From Aquificaceae bacterium (GTDB taxonomy: Bacteria; Aquificota; Aquificia; Aquificales; Aquificaceae), in contig JAXSNR010000002.1 in the NCBI GenBank assembly GCA_037925075.1, positions 320,001 to 384,000 of the forward strand: a DNA stretch of 64,000 bases. The letters run 5' to 3'. A program made the translations under genes and the position numbers. The notes under the pieces were generated by a model. It did not search any database. It was not told where the DNA came from and saw nothing but the letters and a program-made list of their open reading frames with translations. This document shows, one piece after another, positions 28,881-39,118 of the stretch (its first letter is position 1; every line of letters begins with the position of its first letter).

Positions 28881-29961
28881 GAATGAACTCTTCCACCATC
28901 CTTCTTGCCTGCCAATCGGGATACTGCACCGGTGGGTGCTTCATGGTGTAGGCACTTATGGAGTAAAGCGGTCCGCCTATGCCCCTGTCTCTGGCAAGCT
29001 TACAGCACCTTATGGCGTCAATCATAGAGCCCGCACTGTTGGGAGAGTCCTCCACATCCAGCTTTAGCTCCACATACATGGGTACATCACCAAAAAGCCT
29101 TCCCTCAATGCGTATGTATGCTATCTTTCTATCCTTTAGCCACGGCACCCAGTCGGAGGGTCCTATGTGGATACTGTAAGGGTCCATCTCGTAAGGTATC
29201 AAAGAAGAGACCGCGTAGGTCTTTGAAACCTTTTTTGTCTTTAGCCTGTCTCTTTCAAGCATGTTGAGAAAGTCCGTGTTTCCACCGAAGTTTAGCTGGT
29301 AGGTCCTGTCTATCTTTACGCCCCTGTCAAGGAAAAGCTGGGCTAAAGTTCTGTGTACTATGGTGGCACCCACCTGAGACTTTATATCATCTCCCACAAT
29401 TGGAATACCCTCCTTTTCAAACCTCTCCGCCCACTCTGGGTCAGAAACTATGAAGGTGGGCATACCGTTTATAAAGGACACCCCCGCCCTCAAGCAAGCT
29501 TCAGCGTAAAACCTTGCCGCCTGTTCAGAACCAACAGGCACGTAGTTAATCAGCACATCCGCACCGCTCTCTTTGAGAACACTCACCACATCCTCAAGCT
29601 CATCTTCCTTTTCCTCCGAAAGCACAAAGCTCCTTTCGGGTGGATAGTTTGCCATATGGCTTGCGTATCCATCCAACACCTTACCCTTTCTGACCACCAC
29701 GCCCATCCTTGGTACATTCGGCTCAAAAACCGCGGTACAGTTTGGTGGTGAGAATATGGCTTCGGACACGTCCTTTCCCACCTTTCTGGCATCAATGTCC
29801 CATGCGGCGACCACCTCAATATCCCATGGCTTGTAGCCGCCGATATCTTCAAACATAAGCCCGCTTACATCTTCCCTGTGTTTTGCGTAGTAGTGGATGC
29901 CTTGAATAAGGCTACTGGCACAGTTTCCCACGCCTGCTATTGCGACTCTTATTTTTGACAT
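28861..29961 (-). CDS. ino1: Myo-inositol-1-phosphate synthase
   Basis: [34 protein letters not shown]. Confidence 0.93.
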   Translation of the reverse strand: MSKIRVAIAGVGNCASSLIQGIHYYAKHREDVSGLMFEDIGGYKPWDIEVVAAWDIDARKVGKDVSEAIFSPPNCTAVFEPNVPRMGVVVRKGKVLDGYASHMANYPPERSFVLSEEKEDELEDVVSVLKESGADVLINYVPVGSEQAARFYAEACLRAGVSFINGMPTFIVSDPEWAERFEKEGIPIVGDDIKSQVGATIVHRTLAQLFLDRGVKIDRTYQLNFGGNTDFLNMLERDRLKTKKVSKTYAVSSLIPYEMDPYSIHIGPSDWVPWLKDRKIAYIRIEGRLFGDVPMYVELKLDVEDSPNSAGSMIDAIRCCKLARDRGIGGPLYSISAYTMKHPPVQYPDWQARRMVEEFIRGERER

Positions 29962-29998
29962 TTTAACCTCCGCAAAGGCTTATAATATTATAACCAAG

Positions 29999-30481
29999 AT
30001 GAAAGTTCTTATGGTTTTTTACTCAAAACTGCTTGAAGAGAGCGACCTTTTACAAAGGGTTGCGGAAAAGGTTAGCACCCTCAAAAGGCTTATAGGACCA
30101 GACAGCCTCTATGCAGTGATAACCACGGAGATGAAGGACTTTATAGACAGGTTCCCAGACCTTGTTTTTATAAGAAACGACAGGGGCACTTTTCTTTATG
30201 GGCTGTACAAGGGACTAAGGAAGCTAAGGGGCAACGATGTTCTCATCCTTGACCCATCTCAGGTTATAGGCATTGATAAACTAAGGGAATTTATTAGCAA
30301 AAGGAGGAAAAATGCCCTGTATTCGGAAAGCGGCAAATGGAAAGGGCTTGCACTTATCAGACTCATAGACCTTGATTACCTTATAAGGACGGTGGAAGGT
30401 CTTTTGGGGGAAGAGAAAGACCTTGCCCTCTTGATGGAAAATATCAGACAAGAATATGGTATAGAGTATGAAACGGTTTAA
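29999..30481 (+). CDS. Hypothetical protein, possibly degenerate nucleotidyltransferase-like
   Basis: 160-aa ORF with host codon bias; GTFLYGLYKGL...DVLILD weakly MobA/NTP-transferase-like. Confidence 0.55.
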   Translation: MKVLMVFYSKLLEESDLLQRVAEKVSTLKRLIGPDSLYAVITTEMKDFIDRFPDLVFIRNDRGTFLYGLYKGLRKLRGNDVLILDPSQVIGIDKLREFISKRRKNALYSESGKWKGLALIRLIDLDYLIRTVEGLLGEEKDLALLMENIRQEYGIEYETV

Positions 30482-30492
30482 GGAGGAAAGCG

Positions 30493-31017
30493 ATGGATGA
30501 GATCCTTGTTGGTAAGTATGTGGTAAGAACAGACAGGTATTACACAAAGGACCACGAATGGGCACTGGTGAAGGGAAACAAGGCATGGATAGGTATAACA
30601 GACTACGCCCAAAAGGAGCTTGGGGACGTGGTCTATGTAGACTTACCGCAGGTGGGAGAGACCTACGAAAGCGGTGATACCATTGCCAACGTGGAGTCTG
30701 TAAAGAGTGTATCACCCATATACTCACCCCTTTCTGGGACAGTGGTGGAAGTGAACGAAACCTTAAGCGATGAACCTCACCTTATAAACGAATCCCCTTA
30801 CGATGATGGATGGCTTGCGGTTATGGAGCTCTCTGACCCTATGGAGGTGGAAGACCTTATGCCTGCGGAAGACTACGCACAGCTCTTGGTGGAGATAGTA
30901 AAGGAAGAGAAGGGAGAGACCATAAAGCTCGGGCTAACTGAGGAAGAGGAAAGGCTTGAAGAATCCCTTGAAGCTTTGCCAGAGGAAGAGCTGGGCTACG
31001 AAGAAAAGGAAAGGTAA
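30493..31017 (+). CDS. gcvH: Glycine cleavage H protein with acidic C-terminal extension
   Basis: YTKDHEW, GITDYAQKELGD, lipoyl site ESVKS, PYDDGW. Confidence 0.9.
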   Translation: MDEILVGKYVVRTDRYYTKDHEWALVKGNKAWIGITDYAQKELGDVVYVDLPQVGETYESGDTIANVESVKSVSPIYSPLSGTVVEVNETLSDEPHLINESPYDDGWLAVMELSDPMEVEDLMPAEDYAQLLVEIVKEEKGETIKLGLTEEEERLEESLEALPEEELGYEEKER

Positions 31018-32328
31018 ATGTACATTCCCCACTCGGAAGAAGAGACCGGGAGAATACTCAAAGAGCTTGGGCTTGGAAGGCTTGAAGACCTCTTTTCACA
31101 CATAGACTCCTCTCTCCTTTCAAAGCCAGAGCTTCCAAAGCCTAAGAGTGAAGAGGAGCTAAGGAGGTATTTTAAGGACCTAAGCGGGAAAAACTTCCCC
31201 CTTGTATCCTTTGCGGGGTTTGGAGCCTACGACAGGATAATCCCCTCTCCCATATGGCAGTTGCTAAGCAGGGGTGAATTTCTCACCGCCTACACACCTT
31301 ACCAGCCAGAGGTTTCTCAGGGAACACTTCAAGCCCTTTTTGAATATCAGACCCTTATATGCGAGCTTACGGGCATGGATGTTGCCAACGCAAGCATGTA
31401 CGACGGAGCTTCCGCCCTTGCGGAGGCTATCCTTATGGCAAGGGCGATAAAGGGTAAAGGTAAAAGGGTGGTGCTTTCGGAGGGTATAAACCCCCTTTAT
31501 AGGGAGGTGGTGAAAACTTACCTTAAAGGTTATCAGGATGAGCTGGTGGTGTGCGGGTTTTCGGAGGAGGGTTATACGGACCTTGAGAGGCTTGAGGCCT
31601 TTCTCAAGGATGGACAGGCTCATGCCTTGGCGGTGCATTATCCCAACTTTTTAGGCTTTGTGGAGCCTCTTGAGGAAATATCTAAACTGGCGAAAGGCTA
31701 TGAGGTACCCTTTGTGGTAGTCGCAGACCCTATAGCCTTGGCGGTTCTAAAGCCACCCGGTATGTTTGGTGTGGACGTAGTAGTGGGAGAGGGTCAGCAG
31801 ATGGGCGTTCTGCTTAACTTTGGGGGACCTTATGCGGGCTTTTTTGCGACAAGGATGGAGCATGTGAGAAGGATGCCGGGAAGGCTTGTGGGCATGGCGG
31901 AGGACTTGGAGGGCAAAAGAGCCTTTATCCTTGTGCTTCAGACAAGGGAACAGCATATAAGAAGGGAAAGGGCAACCTCAAACATATGCACCAATCAAAA
32001 CCTTATAGCCCTTGCAAACCTGCTTTATATGGTCCTGCTTGGAAAAGAGGGTATGAGAGAAGTAGCCAAGCAGAGCCTTTCAAAAGCCTTATACCTAAAA
32101 AGAAGGCTCCTTGAGTTGGGTTTTGAAGACCTATACAGTGGCAAGCACCTTTGGGAGTTTCCTTTAAAACATATCAAAAGTGAAGAACTCTATCAGAAGG
32201 CTTTAAGGTCGGGTTTTCTTGCGGGTGTGCCCTTGGAAAAGTTTGGATACAAAAATACGCTTCTCTTCGCGGTTACAGAAAAAAGGACAAAGGAAGAGAT
32301 GGACAGATTGGTTTCAGCTATGAGATGA
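31018..32328 (+). CDS. gcvPA: Glycine dehydrogenase subunit 1
   Basis: TAYTPYQPEVSQG, NASMYDG, FGGP, REQHIRRERATSNICTN. Confidence 0.95.
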   Translation: MYIPHSEEETGRILKELGLGRLEDLFSHIDSSLLSKPELPKPKSEEELRRYFKDLSGKNFPLVSFAGFGAYDRIIPSPIWQLLSRGEFLTAYTPYQPEVSQGTLQALFEYQTLICELTGMDVANASMYDGASALAEAILMARAIKGKGKRVVLSEGINPLYREVVKTYLKGYQDELVVCGFSEEGYTDLERLEAFLKDGQAHALAVHYPNFLGFVEPLEEISKLAKGYEVPFVVVADPIALAVLKPPGMFGVDVVVGEGQQMGVLLNFGGPYAGFFATRMEHVRRMPGRLVGMAEDLEGKRAFILVLQTREQHIRRERATSNICTNQNLIALANLLYMVLLGKEGMREVAKQSLSKALYLKRRLLELGFEDLYSGKHLWEFPLKHIKSEELYQKALRSGFLAGVPLEKFGYKNTLLFAVTEKRTKEEMDRLVSAMR

Positions 32329-33865
32329 TTTTCTTCTTTAGGTCTTCCAAAAGTAGATAAAAGACTGGCAGGCTTCCCAAAAGAGCCCAAAGGAAGGCAA
32401 AAAACAGAGTGGAGCCAAAGGCATCGGAAAGAGCGTAGAGGTTTTGAAGCTGGTAGAACATCGCCCTTGCTTTTTCTTCAGACTGGTATGTAAATTCAGA
32501 TAACCACTGAAGGGTTTGTTGTATGTGCATCTCTAACCAATGGTGGTTTTGTATCTCCGTGGTCCTTTGTAGGTTTTCCGCGGTAAGCTTTTGTAGGTCG
32601 TTGGTGGCAAGGGCAGTGCCAAAGGAGCCTCCCACAAACCTGATGTAATGCATAAGGCTTACTCCAAGGGTGGTTTTGTCTCCGAGCCTTTTTAGAGCCA
32701 TCTGGGTAACCGGTGCAAAGAAAAAGCCCATGCCTACACCCATGGCTACAAGGTAGAAGATTGCCACACCTTTTGGTGTAAAGTAGTTGAGCTTTGGCAA
32801 AAGGAAAAAGGCCACAGAAAGGTAGAGCAAGGTGGCCACATACAGGGCAAGCCTTGGAGACTTCTTGTCGGAGATTATGCCAGCGATCGGAGAAAAAAAG
32901 CCGATCATAAGTGCCATGGGTAAGATGGCAAGCCCTGCCTGAAGGGTTGTATAGCCCTTGAGTTTTTCAAAGTACAGAGGGATAAGGTAAAAAACCTGAT
33001 ACATGGAAAAGCCAAGCACAAAGCAATAAACCCAAAAGGCAACCACAAACTCCCTTATTCTGAAGATGGAAGGGTCTATAAGCTTGTTTTTGGAAAGCAG
33101 TTCAGAAAGGAGGAAAAGCAAAAAGGCAAAGGCGGACAAAAGGCTAAGGTGCAGTATATAATCGCTTGAAAACCAGCCCTCCTTTTGACCCCTTGAAAGC
33201 ACTATAAGAAGGCTGACAGTCGCCACCGATATAAAAAAGTAAGAAGCAAAGTTAAGCTTAAACCTGTGTGCTGGCTTGTAATCCTTTAGGAAAAAGAGGG
33301 CAAGAAGAAAGTTAAAAACTCCTATGGGTAGGTTTATGTAAAAGATCCATCTCCAATCTATATGCTCCGTTATCCAGCCTCCAAGGGTGGGACCCAAGGC
33401 GGGAGCAAAGCTCACACCCATGCCGTATATACCCATGGCAAACCCCCTTTTTTCTGGTGCGTAGGCGGAGAAAAGAAGGGCTTCCGCACTCACCACAATA
33501 AGGGATTCACCAAAGCCTTGCACCGTCCTTGAAGCTATCATCCACTCAAGGGACTGAGCCTGACCACAGAAGAAGGAGGCACCCGTAAACAGAAATAGAC
33601 CCAAAAGGAAAACCCTTTTGAGCCCTATCTTACCCTCTAACCATTCCACAAGCAAAATGGCGGTTGCGGCGGAGGTCATGTAGGCGGTGATAACCCATTG
33701 AACGCCGTAAAGGTCTGTGCTCAAGGGTGCCATCATCTTTGGAACCACTATATCCACTATGGTGGTGTCCAAGATTGCCATAAAGACACCTATCATCAAA
33801 GAAAAGGTAAGGATACCCCGCTCTAAGGATGTGAGGCTCTCATGAAAGGGCTTTTCTTGACTCAT
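32318..33865 (-). CDS. DHA2 MFS efflux transporter (EmrB-like)
   Basis: LDTTIV, WVITAY, PALGPTLGG, WRWIFYINLPIG. Confidence 0.9.
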   Translation of the reverse strand: MSQEKPFHESLTSLERGILTFSLMIGVFMAILDTTIVDIVVPKMMAPLSTDLYGVQWVITAYMTSAATAILLVEWLEGKIGLKRVFLLGLFLFTGASFFCGQAQSLEWMIASRTVQGFGESLIVVSAEALLFSAYAPEKRGFAMGIYGMGVSFAPALGPTLGGWITEHIDWRWIFYINLPIGVFNFLLALFFLKDYKPAHRFKLNFASYFFISVATVSLLIVLSRGQKEGWFSSDYILHLSLLSAFAFLLFLLSELLSKNKLIDPSIFRIREFVVAFWVYCFVLGFSMYQVFYLIPLYFEKLKGYTTLQAGLAILPMALMIGFFSPIAGIISDKKSPRLALYVATLLYLSVAFFLLPKLNYFTPKGVAIFYLVAMGVGMGFFFAPVTQMALKRLGDKTTLGVSLMHYIRFVGGSFGTALATNDLQKLTAENLQRTTEIQNHHWLEMHIQQTLQWLSEFTYQSEEKARAMFYQLQNLYALSDAFGSTLFFAFLWALLGSLPVFYLLLEDLKKKIIS

Positions 33866-34980
33866 TCCCTCTTTATCTCCACTCTCCCTCCCATTCCAAC
33901 CCTCAGAAGGCTTGTGTCTCCACTTGTTATCCTCACCTTTACCGGTATTCTCTGGACCACCTTGGTGAATTCACCAGCGGATACATCCCTTGGCACAAGG
34001 GCAAAGGTTGCCGCAGAGGCGGGGCTTATCTCCTCCACAACACCCTCAAGTACCACATCCTTATAGGCGTCAAGCCTTATGTAAGCCTTTGAGCCACGCC
34101 TTATTCCCCTTAGCCTTGTCTCCTCCAAAAGAGCCTCCACGTACAGAGAGCTTTGGTCTATTATGCTAAAGGCTGGCTGTCCCGCCTTTACCAAGTCCCC
34201 AGCACTTATAAACCTCTTTGCCACTATTCCATCCACAGGTGAGCGAAGCTCAGTCCTTTCAAGGTCAAGCTTAGCCTTTTGGACCTGTGCCTCAAGAGCC
34301 CTTATTTCACTTTCAAGGGCAAGTACTTGACTCCTTAGCTCCTGTGGTTTTATCCTTTCAAGCTCCATCCTTTTGTATTCTCCAAAAGCCTTTGAATACA
34401 CCGCTTGGAGTTCTTTTAGTTGGCTTTCAAGGGCTCCTTTCTTAAGGGATAAGCTTTTGTAAGCGGTATCCGCCTGCTCAAACCTCTGCCTTGGTATGAG
34501 GGCCTGCCTTAGAAGGTTTTCCATCCTGTCCCTGTCCCTTTTTGCTTGCTCAAGTTGGACCTCAAGCTCCTCTATCTGCCTTATAAGGGCTTGCTCCTTT
34601 GCTTTTATCTCATAAAGGGTATCCTTTGACACGCCAATGGCAAGCTCCACCTGACCCTCAGACCTCTTTAGCTGAAGCTCAAGGGCTTGCTTTTGGGCAA
34701 TAAGAGAAGACAGTTTGCTTTGCATGGCTTCTAACTGTAGCTTGTAATCTTCTGGCTCAACTCTTGCCAAAATCTCCCCTTTCCTTACTCTGTCTCCCAT
34801 GTCCTTATGGACTTCCAAGACCCTACCGCTTACTTCAAAGGCTATATTGCTCATCCTGTCCGCTTTTACAAAGACCGCATCGGTTATGGCGTACTCCATC
34901 CTATGCCTTATCCACCTGTAAGAAAGAAACCCAAAGACCAAAAGGAGAAGTAGTATTAAGACTATTCCCAGTCTCTTCAT
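33862..34980 (-). CDS. EmrA/HlyD membrane-fusion protein
   Basis: TDAVFV, RSPVDG, GEFTKVVQRIPV. Confidence 0.9.
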   Translation of the reverse strand: MKRLGIVLILLLLLVFGFLSYRWIRHRMEYAITDAVFVKADRMSNIAFEVSGRVLEVHKDMGDRVRKGEILARVEPEDYKLQLEAMQSKLSSLIAQKQALELQLKRSEGQVELAIGVSKDTLYEIKAKEQALIRQIEELEVQLEQAKRDRDRMENLLRQALIPRQRFEQADTAYKSLSLKKGALESQLKELQAVYSKAFGEYKRMELERIKPQELRSQVLALESEIRALEAQVQKAKLDLERTELRSPVDGIVAKRFISAGDLVKAGQPAFSIIDQSSLYVEALLEETRLRGIRRGSKAYIRLDAYKDVVLEGVVEEISPASAATFALVPRDVSAGEFTKVVQRIPVKVRITSGDTSLLRVGMGGRVEIKRE

Positions 34981-36242
34981 AGAGCACCCGCTTCTTTGAG
35001 AAGTTCAAAGTAAGCCTCAAGAAGCTTGTAGTAGGCTATGACTTTGGACTTTAGGGCTTGGGTTTTGCTGGCTTCTGCCTGTAAAAGGTCTGCTCCGCTT
35101 ATTATCTGGTTTCTGTACTGTTCAAGGGATAGCCTGTAGTACTCCTCCGCAAGCTTTACAGACTCCTCAGAAACCCTAAGGTTGTCCTGTGCGGTTAAGA
35201 GGTTCTCATAAGCGGACTTTACCCTCAGGGCTATGCTTTGTTGTAGGTCTTTGAGGTCCTCTCTTGCCCCCCTTTCCTCTTGGGAGAGGGCTAAGGCGCT
35301 ATAATAAGTGCTCAAGGACTGAATACTTAGGCTTATCCCAGCACTGAATATAAAAAAGCCCTTTTGCGAGAAGGTGGGATTCTGGTCTGTGTAGTTGTAA
35401 AGGGCTTCCACAAAAACCTTTGGGTAAGCCTGTGAAAGCTCTGTTTTTCTCCTTGCCTGCAGGAGGGAGATTTTCTCCCTTAACGCCCTAAGGGCTGGTC
35501 TTTTCTCCATGGCGGTGTTTATCCACCCTTCTATGTTCTTTGTCTCCAGCTTTATGTCTATGGGCTTTAGGTCTTTTAGCCTTTCTTCCTCTATGCCCGT
35601 GAGCCTTGAGAGGTTGGCAAGGGCTATGCGGTAGCTTCCTTCCGCTTGTCTTAGGTCCCTCTGAACCTCCGCAAGCCTCACCTTTGCCTGTAGCACATCC
35701 GTTATGGCAACGAGCCCCTCCCTAAAAAAGGCTTCCCTTTGCCTAAGGTCTGCCTCTACCGCCTCCTTTTGCTTTTTTACCACCTCAAGAAGCTCCTCGG
35801 AAGAAAGCACGGACAGGTAAGCCTTTATAACCTCAAGCTTTACCTCAAGAAGGGTCTCCTCGTAATCCTCCTCCGCTATACTTAGCTGGCTTTTTGATAT
35901 CTCAAACCTTGAAGACCTAAAGCCTCCATCGTACAGGACCTGCCTTGCACCTATTTGAAAGGTTTGGTAGCTTCTCTTTGAACTTTTAAACTCGAGGGCT
36001 GAAAAGCCCCCAAAAGATGGTACTTTTATAGATTGCTCTTCGGACTGAAAAGAATAAGCGTATTTTGTAAAAAATTCAGGGTAGTAAAGCTGGGTGCTTG
36101 CCTTTAGGTTAAACTTGGCGGATTCTATGGCATGCCTTTTAGAGGATATTCTTGGGTTTTTCTCAAGGGCTGAGCTTATAAGCTCTTCAAGACCGATAGA
36201 AAAGGAAAGCTCAAATAAGATAAGAAGCAACATCAACCACAT
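34977..36242 (-). CDS. TolC-family outer membrane factor
   Basis: Signal peptide, two OEP repeats (YYPEF / AYPKV), DVLQA and DLLQA. Confidence 0.85.
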   Translation of the reverse strand: MWLMLLLILFELSFSIGLEELISSALEKNPRISSKRHAIESAKFNLKASTQLYYPEFFTKYAYSFQSEEQSIKVPSFGGFSALEFKSSKRSYQTFQIGARQVLYDGGFRSSRFEISKSQLSIAEEDYEETLLEVKLEVIKAYLSVLSSEELLEVVKKQKEAVEADLRQREAFFREGLVAITDVLQAKVRLAEVQRDLRQAEGSYRIALANLSRLTGIEEERLKDLKPIDIKLETKNIEGWINTAMEKRPALRALREKISLLQARRKTELSQAYPKVFVEALYNYTDQNPTFSQKGFFIFSAGISLSIQSLSTYYSALALSQEERGAREDLKDLQQSIALRVKSAYENLLTAQDNLRVSEESVKLAEEYYRLSLEQYRNQIISGADLLQAEASKTQALKSKVIAYYKLLEAYFELLKEAGAL

Positions 36243-36808
36243 CTTAAGCCCCTAAATATAAGCTCAAGGCCTTCCTCCGCCTCCCTTAGGATTTCCTCAA
36301 GAGGTGTGTCCGTAAGCAACAGCTTTTCCATGTAGAGGAGCCTTATGTATCCCACTATAAGGTTAAGCAAGGTATCTATGCTTCCGCACATAAACTCTTT
36401 CCTTTCATAGCCCCTTTTTAACATCTCATAGAGCAAGCCCCTTATCTCCTCCATATGGAGGTGATGGAGTTTTCTAAACTCCTCCTTGCTACACATTAGC
36501 TCAAAGAAGAACACGTAGGCAATGTGTCTGTCTTCGTAGCATTCTACCAAAAAGTCCCTTATGTGTCCCACTATGGCTTCTTTTGCGGAAACATCCTTTT
36601 CAAGCCATCTTTTCATTATGTTTTTTGTCCTTTCCGCCATACGGTTTATAAGCTCTTCCATAAGCTGGTCTTTGCTCTTAAAGTAGAAGTAAAAGGCTCC
36701 CTTTGAAAGGCCTGCGTGTTTTACTATGTCCTCCACCGTGGTATGGCTGTAGCCCTTTTTGGAAAAAAGCTCCTTGGCGGACTGGATTATCCTCTCCTTT
36801 GTATTCAT
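36233..36808 (-). CDS. TetR/AcrR transcriptional regulator
   Basis: LFSKKGYSHTTVEDIVKHAGLSKGAFYFYFKSKD. Confidence 0.92.
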   Translation of the reverse strand: MNTKERIIQSAKELFSKKGYSHTTVEDIVKHAGLSKGAFYFYFKSKDQLMEELINRMAERTKNIMKRWLEKDVSAKEAIVGHIRDFLVECYEDRHIAYVFFFELMCSKEEFRKLHHLHMEEIRGLLYEMLKRGYERKEFMCGSIDTLLNLIVGYIRLLYMEKLLLTDTPLEEILREAEEGLELIFRGLRCG

Positions 36809-38016
36809 TTTGTGAGCCTTTCAAGTTTTGCAAGATTTGTATTGTAAAGATAAAGTAAAAAGTAGTAGTTTTGTAGGGTATCGTTGTAATTGCTTATGGC
36901 GTCAAGGACCTCAAGCTGTGTGGCAACGCCAAAGCGGTACCTTTCTGTGGAAAGCCTCAGGCTTTCCTTTGCGGACTCAAGGGAAAGCTCCAAGGCCCTT
37001 ATCTGAACCACAAGGGCGTCCAAGTCCAAAAGGCTTTTGTTAAGCTCCGCCTTTAGCCTTTGCTCCGTATCCCTTAGGTTTTCCACCTGCTTGAGAAGGT
37101 CTATCTTTGCCTGTGCTATATTTGCCTCACGGGCAAAGCCATCAAAGATGTTGTAGTTTAGCCTTGCACCAAAGGTGTATCCATCCACCATGCTTTCTTT
37201 GTTTCCTACCCTTGCGGTGTTTCCTTGATAGGTGGCAAAAAGGTCAAGGGTAGGGTAATACTGGGACCTTTGAAGCTCCACAATCCTTTGGGCTACCTCA
37301 AGGCTTCTTTTAGCAACCTTTAGGGTGCTGTTGTTTTCAAGGTTGTATTCTATCTTTTTTTGCTGTGTAAAGGTAAGCGTACCTTTTAGGTCAACCTCCC
37401 CTTCAAGCCTGATGAAGGCTTTGAAGTCCTCAAGGCTTTTTCCGTAGTCCGCCCTTGCCTGTTCAAGCTCAGCCCTTGCCTTTTCAAGCTGAGCCTTTGC
37501 CCTCATAAGCTCCACCTTTGGAACCACGCCCGCCTGAAGCTTCCCCTCCGTTAGCCTGTAGTTTTCCTCCCAATACTTTAAGTTTTCCTCAAGAAGCCTT
37601 ATAACTTCCTTCTTGTAAAGTAGTGCGTAAAAGAGCTGTTTTGTTTGAAACTCCACCTCCCTTTTTATGTCCTCATACACAAGGCTTTGAAGCTCCCTCT
37701 GTTCCCTTGCAAGCTTTAGCCCCTCAAAGACCGCACGGTTGAAAATAGCCTGGTCCAGTTCAAGGATGTAGCTGTGTCTGTTCTTTGGTGTAAAGCCGAT
37801 GGCAAGGTCTTCTCCAAGCCTTGTATAACTGTAAGAAAAACTCACACGCGGGAGTATCCCAGCACGGGCTTTTCTTATGTTTTCCTCCGCCTTCTGAAGG
37901 TCAAGGGTAGAAAGTCTAAGGGAGGTGTTGTTTTTTATGGCAAGGTCTAAGGCTTCCTCAAGACTTATGGCAAGGGCTAACTTCAGGCTAAGTAAAAAAA
38001 GCACGAAAAACCTCAT
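36805..38016 (-). CDS. TolC-family outer membrane factor
   Basis: Signal peptide, SLEEALDLAIKNN, YYPTL, ERYRFGVATQLEVLDA. Confidence 0.85.
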   Translation of the reverse strand: MRFFVLFLLSLKLALAISLEEALDLAIKNNTSLRLSTLDLQKAEENIRKARAGILPRVSFSYSYTRLGEDLAIGFTPKNRHSYILELDQAIFNRAVFEGLKLAREQRELQSLVYEDIKREVEFQTKQLFYALLYKKEVIRLLEENLKYWEENYRLTEGKLQAGVVPKVELMRAKAQLEKARAELEQARADYGKSLEDFKAFIRLEGEVDLKGTLTFTQQKKIEYNLENNSTLKVAKRSLEVAQRIVELQRSQYYPTLDLFATYQGNTARVGNKESMVDGYTFGARLNYNIFDGFAREANIAQAKIDLLKQVENLRDTEQRLKAELNKSLLDLDALVVQIRALELSLESAKESLRLSTERYRFGVATQLEVLDAISNYNDTLQNYYFLLYLYNTNLAKLERLTK

Positions 38017-39065
38017 CTTACCTCCACCTTTACACCTTGCTGAAGCACGTAAGCGTTTTCTAAGGCAATCTTCTCACCCTCTTTTAGATTTCCCTTCACA
38101 TACACCACTCCCTGCCCTTGCCTTATGACCTCCACCTGCACGGGCTCTGCGGTTCCCTCTTGGATCCTCCAAACCACCTTTTTGTTTCCTTGTATAACTA
38201 CCGCCTGCTCTGGTACCGCAAAGCCCCTTTCAACCTTAAGGAGTAGCTTGGCTTCTCCGTACATGCCGGGCTTTAGCTCTCCTTTTGGGTTTTGGAGCCT
38301 TGCCTTTATGATGATGAGCCTGTTTTGGTCTGCGGTGGGGGATACAAAAAACACCATGCCTTCAAAATCTCCAAAGGGCTCCACGCTTATCTTAACCTTT
38401 GAGCCTTCCTTTGCGTACGAAAGGTACTCCTGAGGCACTTGGAAAACAAACCTTATGGGGTCAAGGGTGACAAGCCTGAAGGTTTGACTTTGGGGTGTTA
38501 TGTAGTCTCCCACATTTACAAACCTCTGGGCTATGTAGCCAGAAAAGGGGGCTGTGAGGCTTGTCCTTTCAAGGTTTAGTCTTGCGTTGCTTACCTGTGC
38601 CTGAAGACTTTTTATAAGCTCCTCTTGGGCTTTGAGTTGAGATTGCAAGTTTTCAAACTCTTCCCTTGCGATGAGCTCCCTTTCAAAGAGAAACCGCCTT
38701 CTCTCTGCTATGGCCTTCATGTTTTCGTAGCTTACCCTCGCCTGAGCAAGCTGTGCGGAAAGCTGTCTTAGGACGTTTTCGTATTCCGTAGGGTCTATCT
38801 TTAAAAGAGCCTGCCCACCTTTTACAAAAGCCCCCTCATCCACAAAGACACCTAAAACCCTCCCGCTTACAAGAGGCTTTAAAAAAACATCCCTTTCACC
38901 TTCAAGGTAGCCCTTGGTTTGGTAGTAGATGGGCACCTCTTCCGCCTTTACCACATACGCACTTACCACCACCCTTTTCTCCTGTGGCTTTTGAAGCTTT
39001 TGGCTTTCCTTTTGACAGGAGAGTACAAGGGTTAAAGCTATCAAGGTATAAAAGAGCCTCCTCAT
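38013..39065 (-). CDS. RND periplasmic adaptor (lipoprotein)
   Basis: Lipobox VLSC, VSGRV, APFSG, LKPGMY, VPEQAV; start ATG 39065. Confidence 0.88.
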   Translation of the reverse strand: MRRLFYTLIALTLVLSCQKESQKLQKPQEKRVVVSAYVVKAEEVPIYYQTKGYLEGERDVFLKPLVSGRVLGVFVDEGAFVKGGQALLKIDPTEYENVLRQLSAQLAQARVSYENMKAIAERRRFLFERELIAREEFENLQSQLKAQEELIKSLQAQVSNARLNLERTSLTAPFSGYIAQRFVNVGDYITPQSQTFRLVTLDPIRFVFQVPQEYLSYAKEGSKVKISVEPFGDFEGMVFFVSPTADQNRLIIIKARLQNPKGELKPGMYGEAKLLLKVERGFAVPEQAVVIQGNKKVVWRIQEGTAEPVQVEVIRQGQGVVYVKGNLKEGEKIALENAYVLQQGVKVEVR

Positions 39066-39075
39066 GGTGGAAAAC

Positions 39076-39109
39076 ATTATAACATACCGACCAGTCGGTC
39101 GGTTATAAT
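39076..39109. promoter_or_regulatory. Palindromic bidirectional promoter and putative TetR operator
   Basis: ATTATAAC-AT-ACCGAC-CA-GTCGGT-CG-GTTATAAT; TATAAT on both strands. Confidence 0.7.
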
Positions 39110-39118
39110 ATACCTGCC

